From NCBI GenBank assembly GCA_951406725.2, contig OX597821.1, positions 44,578,001-44,642,000 on the forward strand: a DNA stretch of 64,000 bases, given 5' to 3'. This document shows, piece after piece, positions 55,901 through 64,000 of this stretch. The translations under genes were made by a program, and so were the position numbers. A model generated the notes under the pieces. The model had not been told where the DNA came from. It made no database searches and was given only the letters and a program-made list of their open reading frames with translations. Position 1 is the first letter of the stretch. Every line of letters starts with the position of its first letter. This DNA is from Octopus vulgaris. Lineage: Eukaryota.

Positions 55901-56149
55901 GGTGTTCTTATCTGATACCCCTCCTCAGAGTACAAGTATCTGAGAGGCCCATCAAGGCTACTGAGCTCCAGCTAGTCTGCTGCAAAGATAAATGCAGGTG
56001 TTGAACACAAGTCATGAAACTTATCTTTCATTGATCTTGTTTCCAATAACCAAATCAATCTCAACAGGAATTATAGTAGAAGTGTGACAAATTATTTGAA
56101 AATCACTCAGTTCTAGCATTTGATCCTCAGAAGAGAAGAGGTTGGAAAA

Positions 56150-56530
56150 AGAAAAAACCCAAATTTGCTATCTTTGATTTGGTTTTCATGCCTATCCTCA
56201 CCTATGGTCATGAATGTTGGGTGATAACTGAGTGTCAAAATGGGATTCCTCCAAAGGGTCTCTGGAGTAACATTACTCAACAGAGTGCATAGCTTGAGAT
56301 CTGGAATTAAAATGTCATAGGAAAGAATCACAAGAGAGATTTTTCAAGCTGAACCAACTGGTGGGAGACCATGGGGTAAACCAAGAGTAAGATGGTTGGA
56401 TAATAGTTGCACTTGGGAATTCAACCAGAAAGTCTAATGCTGGTTGCTTCTAATAGAATCATGTGCAGAAGGTACCTGGGGATTCTCTTTCCATGGCCCT
56501 CTCAGGAATAGTGTACAGAGAAAATGGAAC
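56150..56530 (+). mobile_element. decayed RTE (Expander/Rex3-like) C-terminal fragment
   Basis: PILTYGHECWVITE, MGFLQRVSGVTLLNRV, REIFQAEPTGGRPWGKPRVRWLDN. Confidence 0.72.
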
Positions 56531-58559
56531 TTCTTTCTACTCCAGTGTGTGTAGATTCTAGTCTAACTTTCATCCTATGCACATCCTTTTACTATTTCAC
56601 CCCATATCTCTGCAGTCCTGACAACGCTTTGTCTTCCAGTATCTTTGCTATAGAGTATGTGTATGTCTAAGTTTACTCTTGCCACGCATCTCTTTCACCT
56701 GAATATGAACAACAAAGATTTCTAGTTACTCTAATTCACACTCTTCCCTGTTCTTCACATCTGTATGTTGTCTCCACCACTCTCTAAACTTTTGTCACCA
56801 CCAACAGTTGTTTAACAGTCTCCTGTTCTCTGTTGGGGATCTTTATCTCAACATACATCTCTATGAAGTAGTTGTTGCATCACTCCAGGTCAGCTCTTAT
56901 TTGTTCAATTATTTGATACAGATTCTTTTACTTCTGTCTTGTGTGTGTTTGATGTTGGTATTGGTGTTGGTGTGTTATGTTTATGCTTTCTTTGGTTTTT
57001 ATCAGACTGGTTATTTCTGTTGTGTAATTCAGGTTGTATTTTTTACATTACTTTTTGGAATATTTTTGTCTATAATTATTTTGTTGATTGTATGTACGTG
57101 GTGTCAGTGTTGGTGACTGTGGTGTTGTTGAATATATTTAACAGTCTCTATATTTGTAACTGTGATGTTGTTGAATTATGTGGTGTATCTTGATTTTGTT
57201 TCTGGGTGGAATTGGTTCCTTTGGGTATTTTTGAATTTTCAAAAGTATTTTTATTTTGTTCATTGATGTGTTTCAGAATGGTGATGCATAGACAGTTCAA
57301 GGATAATTGGGGAGGATGGAAGTTGACATATGGTAGTGATGAGTTGGTGTATTGAGCAAAAAGTGTTTGTAGAGGAGTTGTAGTTGACATAGTGAGAAAT
57401 AAGCTTTTCCAGATGTTACTTCTTGTTTTATCTGTATTGCTTTTGTACCAAGTTTTCTTGTGTTCACTAAAGTTTCTATCAGTAAATGAGAGAAAATAAG
57501 GTGATATGCTTTAGCTGCATAACCTGGTGGTGGTGGTGGTGGTGGTGGTGGTGGTAGCAGTTGTGTGTGTGTGTGTGCTGATAGGAAGTCAGTAGTCTGA
57601 TACCATAGGTTTCGCATGACTATAATTGCAGTTATTTAATCAGAGTTTGGTTAATGGGTGACAACTCTGCCATTTAAATAGTGGAAGTATGGTATGAGAT
57701 TTTGTAAGTTTACAGATTATGTGAACTATCAGAAATCATGAACTGATGACCAAAGAGAAAATATATTTAAAGGGGAGTAATCATTCAGAGACTAGTATTG
57801 GCTATTTCCCTTGTGGTTTTACTTGGTTATAGGTATGCATATACATGATCATGCGCTTGTGTTTTCATGCAATTTGTACATATATTGTATCAAGTGTCTC
57901 CAATATGTCTACCTCGTAGGTAATCATTCCTATTTCTTATCAACCATTGTGTATATGGTGTGACTGAATATTGAGTGTATAGTACCATCACTAGACTATC
58001 TCAGTGTCACTGCAATATGGTTGATAGATAATTGGGAACAGGGTATACAGTACCTTATGTTGCATAGTAGATGTATGAATAATGGGTACAGGTTGAGAGA
58101 GAGGCATTCTTGTTTTGCCTCCATGTCTTATTCTTTGCCCATTGTTATTATAAATATTTATTCACAAATTTTATATGTAAATATTGGTGTGCGTTCAATT
58201 TATATTATATTCTGAAAATGATGCAAAATGCTTTCATTCATTCTTGGGAAGGTGTTTTGTGAATGCAGGAGGAGGGTTTAGTTGTAGGAGATTTGATCTG
58301 TTGGTGTATATTTGCTGTTGTATTGTTAAAGGTTGATATTAAGTTTTTGGATGATGGATGTAATCAGTTTGGGAGGTGTAGGGTTTTACAGGGTTTAAGT
58401 ATTTATAAACTAAATAGATGTTGTGTATGTGGGGTGTTGTAGAGTTGAGGAACTTAGAAAATGGAGTACGAGGTGTGAAAAGAGCCAGAACAATCAGGTT
58501 GCGTTTATAGTTTGATGGTTGGGGATGTGTATAAAACTTTGTAATTTGAAATGGATTCT

Positions 58560-59650
58560 GCTTATGCAAGGAGAAAATGTTTCTTATCATATATTGATTG
58601 CATTTGCTGATAAGGTCAAAGCCTTTAGCTTCTCTGTAATGCAGAGATTACACCTGCTGCCTTATCCATTATATTGATTGGTTTTAGCAACAATACTCCA
58701 GTTTATGAATGGATTAACTACTCAGCAGTCCTTTAGGATCTATACAGGTTTGGATAATGTTATCATATTACATTTGCTTCTATCTCTGAATGAATATTGT
58801 GTGAATATTTTCTTAAAGATGTTCCCTGTAAGTCAAATACAAGTTTTTATCATGCCATGTACATCAGGGATGTTTCTCAAGAACAGTGTTCATGGAGATC
58901 TGATGTTGCATAAGTATTGTGCAGAGTAAGCTGGGGGGTTTTGTGGTTGAAGATTTGTAAGCTTGTTAAGAATGTAGCTTTAACTTAGTTAAACTGTACA
59001 TCTGTTGAATATTTCATATTTATGTTTGTGTTCATGTGAAGTCAATGTTGACTAGGGTTGAGGATACATCTAGCTGTGTTTGTTATTACATTCATACCAT
59101 TTGGTGGATTGAACCACAGGATCTTTTTTTAAAGTTGGACATCACCAGTACGTTGTTTTATATAGTCTACAACAGCTTTATTGTAAGTGGGTTCATCTGA
59201 AGATATGCCTGAAATGCGTCTACTTGTATTTTTGGTAATTTGTTCTATAATAGATGGTGGGAGATTTGAATGTCTATTTATGTTCATGGTTTTTTCATTT
59301 AGTTTATGGCAGGGATAATATTTATCTGTACTAAGGTCTATATTAATGTCAAACTACTTGAATGCTTTAAGATTGGTTTTGCCAGTGATTCTTAGATCAA
59401 AGTTGTGTTAATATTCCCAGTTATTTCCTAATACTATCCATTTTATTATATACCACCTTTATATTATATTGGCCTCCTTTCCTTTATTGCTTGGATTATA
59501 CATAGGATAAAAAATCCTAACTAGATACACAACTGCACTGTCATAGCTTCCCATTGTGACATCAAAAGAGTTCTTCACTATTCTTTTTTGCTTGATAAGA
59601 ATGATTTCAATGTGTATCTTAATTCATTTTCGTTATTGATGTTTTATATG
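58560..59650 (-). mobile_element. decayed Penelope-like retroelement (RT plus GIY-YIG endonuclease)
   Basis: Not in the ORF track. Minus-strand motifs in correct order: FDVTMGSYD (59540-59566), HSNLPPSII, ILWFNPP (~59102-59122), HKYEIFNR, KTCI*LTGNIFK (YIG-like), WSIV, CNLCITEK (58629-58652). Confidence 0.85.
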
Positions 59651-59835
59651 CTAATAATAATTTACTAAGAATGATTTTACTTTCTGATGATTAAAGTATC
59701 TTCCTTAAGATTATGAAAAGATCTTCACATAAACTGTGATAATCAAATAATGAGTTTTTTTCTCTTGTTAAAAATATTAATTACATTAAGTATCACAAAT
59801 GGAAATATCAAAGTAAATATATATATATATTTATT

Positions 59836-59888
<53 letters not shown>

Positions 59889-60718
59889 ATATATGTGTAT
59901 AGGTATATATATGTATATATATATATATACATTCCTTTATATGTTTTAGTCATTTGACTATGGCCATCCTGGAGCACCACATTTTAGTCAAACATGTATA
60001 TGTTTATATGTATATATATATATATATATGTGTGTGTATGTATATATGTATGTAAATGTATATATATATAAGTATATGCATATATATATATATATGTATA
60101 TATATGTGTGTGTGTATATATATATATGTGTGTGTGTGTGTATATATATATATGTGTGTGTGTGTGTATATATGTATATGTATATAGATATGTATATAAA
60201 TATATGTATATGTATATATATATGTATATGTATATAAATATGTATATATATGTATATAAATATATGCATATATAATTGTATGTGTATATATGTATATATA
60301 TATGTAAGTGTATATATGTATATAGTGAGAATTTACAAAAAAACAAAAAATGAAGACGGGTGTGTAAACAACAAACAGATGTATTAGTTTAACACTCAGG
60401 AAGTGAGAAAGTCTTTTACATTTTGAGCCTACGCTCTTCAACAGAAAGGAACACAGAAATAAACAGGGAGAGAAAAAAGGAAAAGCTTTAGTGGCTAGCA
60501 ATCTATCATGGCAAATGCTGGATGGAGGGATCACACGGGAGAGCTAAGAAGAAAGGGAGATAATAAAGTAGTGGTGATCCCAAAACTATGTGTATACCTG
60601 CACATCACCTCCTACACACACCACAATGTATATATGTATATATGTGTGTGTATGTATATATATATGTATGTATATGCATATGTATATATACATATATATA
60701 TGTGTACATATGTATCTG

Positions 60719-60753
<35 letters not shown>

Positions 60754-60757
<4 letters not shown>

Positions 60758-61638
60758 AGAGACAGAACCACCCTCAGCTCAATCAACATTGAAAGATATT
60801 ATACCCAACCGAGCCATAAAATATTAAATATGATATTTACTATATCTATTCACAATCCCATACTTTCCATTTTAAAGACAACATGTGTTTCATGACAGTA
60901 TGTCGGTATTGTTGAGATATAAGGTCTCTAGTTTCAATACTCAATTAGATCGACGTACTCCAAATCTTCAGGTCTGGATTCTACACGTTTTTTACTCTAT
61001 CTACATCCTATATAACTCTATGATAATTGAAATTATTTGTCTAAAAATCGTTAACATAATTTTACTTTACAAATTAATGAATAAAAATAAAAACGATGAA
61101 CATCAGAATTATCAAGCGTGGATTGAACGTTATTTGCAAAATGTAGCCATGTTTAATTTTCGCTGGGAGGGAACCACAAATAGATAAGTTAACATGCATT
61201 TTGTTCATTATTTTTATTTTTATTTCATATTATTTATTTGTATTTTTTATTCGTATTCTTTATACTCTTTTATTCCTTAAATTTTTAGGTTCATTCATTG
61301 TTTCTTTTTTTTTTATTCATTAATTTTTAAAGTAAAATTATGTTAACAATTTTTAGTAAAATAATTTCAATTATCATTATATAGGATGTAGATAGAGTAA
61401 TAAATGTGTAGAATCCAGACCTGAAGATTGGGAGTACGTCAATCTAATTGAGTATTGAAACTAGAGACCTTATATCTCAACAATATCAACATACTGTCAT
61501 GAAGCATGTGTTGTCTTTAAAATGGAAAGTATGGGATTCTGAGTAGATATAGTAAATATCATATTTAATATTTTATGGCTCGGTTGGGTATAATGTCTTT
61601 CAATGTTGATTGAGTTGAGGGTGGTTCTGTCTCTAAAA
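60754..61638. mobile_element. fold-back element with ~345-bp inverted repeats
   Basis: 60754-~61100 is the reverse complement of ~61294-61638 with scattered mismatches; ~190-bp spacer; sits at a (TA)n tract. Confidence 0.88.
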
Positions 61639-61885
61639 CTGCTTTTATATATATGAATAAAATATTGAGAGAAGTTCACTTTAGTGCCTTTAATTTGAAT
61701 GTCTCATTCCTGTGGAATTGGAATTAATCTTCCCTAATAATTATAATAATAATATACATATATATATATATGTATTTATATATACATATATGTATATATG
61801 TATTTTATATATACATATATGTATATATGTATTTATATGTATATATGTACATATACATTTGTGTGTATATATATATACACAAACA

Positions 61886-61917
<32 letters not shown>

Positions 61918-61967
61918 CATACATATATGGGTATATATATACATATATATACATACATGTATATGTG

Positions 61968-62000
<33 letters not shown>

Positions 62001-62003
<3 letters not shown>

Positions 62004-62163
62004 AAATTAGAGATAAAACCACTATTAGGCAAATCAAACAGTGAAAATCATAAACCAATACATAGAAATAAAATTAATTAATAAAAAATATATAAAATAT
62101 AAAATTATGTATTGGTTTATGATTTTCACTGTTTGATTTGCCTAATAGTGGTTTTATCTCTAA

Positions 62164-62169
<6 letters not shown>
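62001..62169. mobile_element. hairpin MITE with perfect 64-bp inverted repeats inside (TA)n
   Basis: 62001-62064 and 62106-62169 are exact reverse complements; 41-bp AT-rich spacer. Confidence 0.88.
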
Positions 62170-62204
<35 letters not shown>

Positions 62205-62271
62205 AATTAGATTTAATCCTAAATCTAATTTTTCCCTGTAAGTTTGGATTTACTCCCTAATATTATTATTA

Positions 62272-62315
<44 letters not shown>

Positions 62316-62446
62316 TACATATACATTTATATATACATACATATATATATACATATATATATACATATATATGTATACATACATATATATATACACATAT
62401 ATATACATATATATGTATACACATATGTATACATATATATGTATAC

Positions 62447-62477
<31 letters not shown>

Positions 62478-62783
62478 TATACATTTATATATAAATACAT
62501 ATGTATATGTGCATATATATGTATGTATATATATATATATATATGTATGTATATATGTGTGTGTGTGTGTATATATATATATAAGAATATAAGTGATGGT
62601 ACCATTTTACGGCAAGTGGGGTTCCAGTTTTGTTATATCTCCTATTATTTTTATTAATCTTGTTTTACATTGTAGTATGATGGTATTTTATTATAATCTT
62701 TGATTTTTTTCTCTAACCTTCTCTTTCGTCATACATACAATAATTTACAAATTTCAGCATTCTATTTCTCTCTATTTTGTTAG

Positions 62784-63441
62784 GCTATAATGGGTAACAA
62801 GGTGGACAAGGACCCAGCATCAGAAGGTATCAATGATGAATGTTCCGACAACTGTAAGGAGACTTTTGCTGCTACAAAGTCAACTGATGGAGATGAAACT
62901 CCAACAGCAACTGAAGTCAAATTAGGGGAGAACACCTTACAACCTGTTGTCCACAAAGAAACTGAATGTGATATTGATGATGACTTTGACTCAGGTGAAG
63001 ATGTCTTCTATGATGCTGAAGAAGCAGACAAGAGTCAACTGGCTTACGTTGACTCGAACGCTGAAGCTGAAGAGGAGGAAGAAGAAGATGAAGAAGAAGA
63101 GGATGAAGATGGTGATGATGAAGATACCAGCAGCAGTTCACATGAACTCTTAGCTGAAACATTACGTTCAATTCGTGAACGTAAATTGTTAAAGACTAAA
63201 CAAATTGAAATAAAACATCTCAATTTGTTGAATACGTCATGGGTAGATGGATCAACCCAAACTGATGCAAGTCTAGAGACTAGCCAACATTCTGCTGATT
63301 GTGTTCCTGTTGAAGTATTAGCCAATTTGATAGCTCAAGTCGAAGAATTGTTGTCACATATCTCTGATGGTGGCCAGGATTACCAGTCGGCGCTCTCATT
63401 AACTTTACGTCTACAGTTACAGAATATGGCTTCTCCTGCCT
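62784..63441 (+). CDS. host coding exon (658 nt); acidic low-complexity protein segment of an unidentified gene
   Basis: Polypyrimidine tract plus AG (62782-62783), ATG at 62790, 217 open codons without transposon motifs, donor GTAAGT at 63442; E/D tract uses mixed codons rather than a pure repeat. Confidence 0.85.
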
Positions 63442-64000
63442 GTAAGTAACATCTGCTGTATTTATTTTGTTGTTTAACCCAATATCAGCTTTGACCAAGC
63501 AGACCTATAGTCAGAGATAAAGCAGACATAATACATCTTATTTTCAGACTCTGTAATATCTAAGACTACACTATTAATTGTTTTCTTACTTTTTTTTTAA
63601 GATGATTGTGTGTGATTAAAAGCAGTTTGGCTACTACTTGTTGCAGGTTGAGCAACAATGTAGAGGTTCCCTCTTTGGCTCATTGTCTTCATAAGCAACT
63701 CTATATATTGTTTTATAAGTAATGTCTGATCTACTTCTGATCTTTAAAAGTAAATGTTTGGTCTATTTGCTATATGTTATAGACTTGTTGTCTTTAAAGG
63801 TAATGTTTGATGTATTTGTTAATCTATAAGTAATATATGAATGCTTATTTATAAGCAATATCTACTTTGATTATATATTTATAAATAGTGTCTGCTACAC
63901 TTTTTGATATAAGAGTAATGCCTGTTCTATTTATTGACTTTCAACTCTTCTAATATATCAAATAATTACATCCAAACATCCAGCTCAAAAATTAACTAAT

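Noticed and set aside
57740-57775. ctgatga...gaaa on the plus strand
   Set aside because: No stem II or stem I pairing.
62917-63498. Alternative-frame and antisense ORFs over the exon
   Set aside because: Shadows of the low-complexity acidic exon; only the 62790 frame stays open between the splice signals.

Overview
AT-rich, repeat-dominated animal genomic DNA, mostly intronic or intergenic. The SINE and microsatellite landscape suggests an octopus-like cephalopod (inference, not checked). Nearly all long ORFs in the track ([12 protein letters not shown]) are microsatellite artefacts. Real content: 3' ends of CR1-clade LINEs; two complementary relics of one RTE LINE family (RT half at 4.6-7.2 kb, endonuclease half at 24.8-26.5 kb) plus many truncated 3'UTR copies; tRNA-derived SINEs; mariner and maT relics; hAT-, piggyBac-, Tc1- and Tigger-like MITEs; Helitron pieces; a decayed Penelope-like element (RT plus GIY-YIG); and one convincing host coding exon (62784-63441) encoding an acidic segment with FFAT-like and LC8-binding-like motifs. 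Most notable observations: (1) a ~325-bp tandem repeat at 52.3-52.9 kb in which each unit carries a minus-strand minimal hammerhead ribozyme fold (retrozyme or Penelope pLTR-like); (2) a C4HC3 PHD-type zinc finger inserted inside the RTE reverse transcriptase; (3) a 3' stem-loop that covaries between CR1 LINEs and a SINE family; (4) repeated LINE insertions into (TA)n arrays; (5) long fold-back elements just upstream of the host exon. Boundaries of decayed repeats are approximate and were read by eye.
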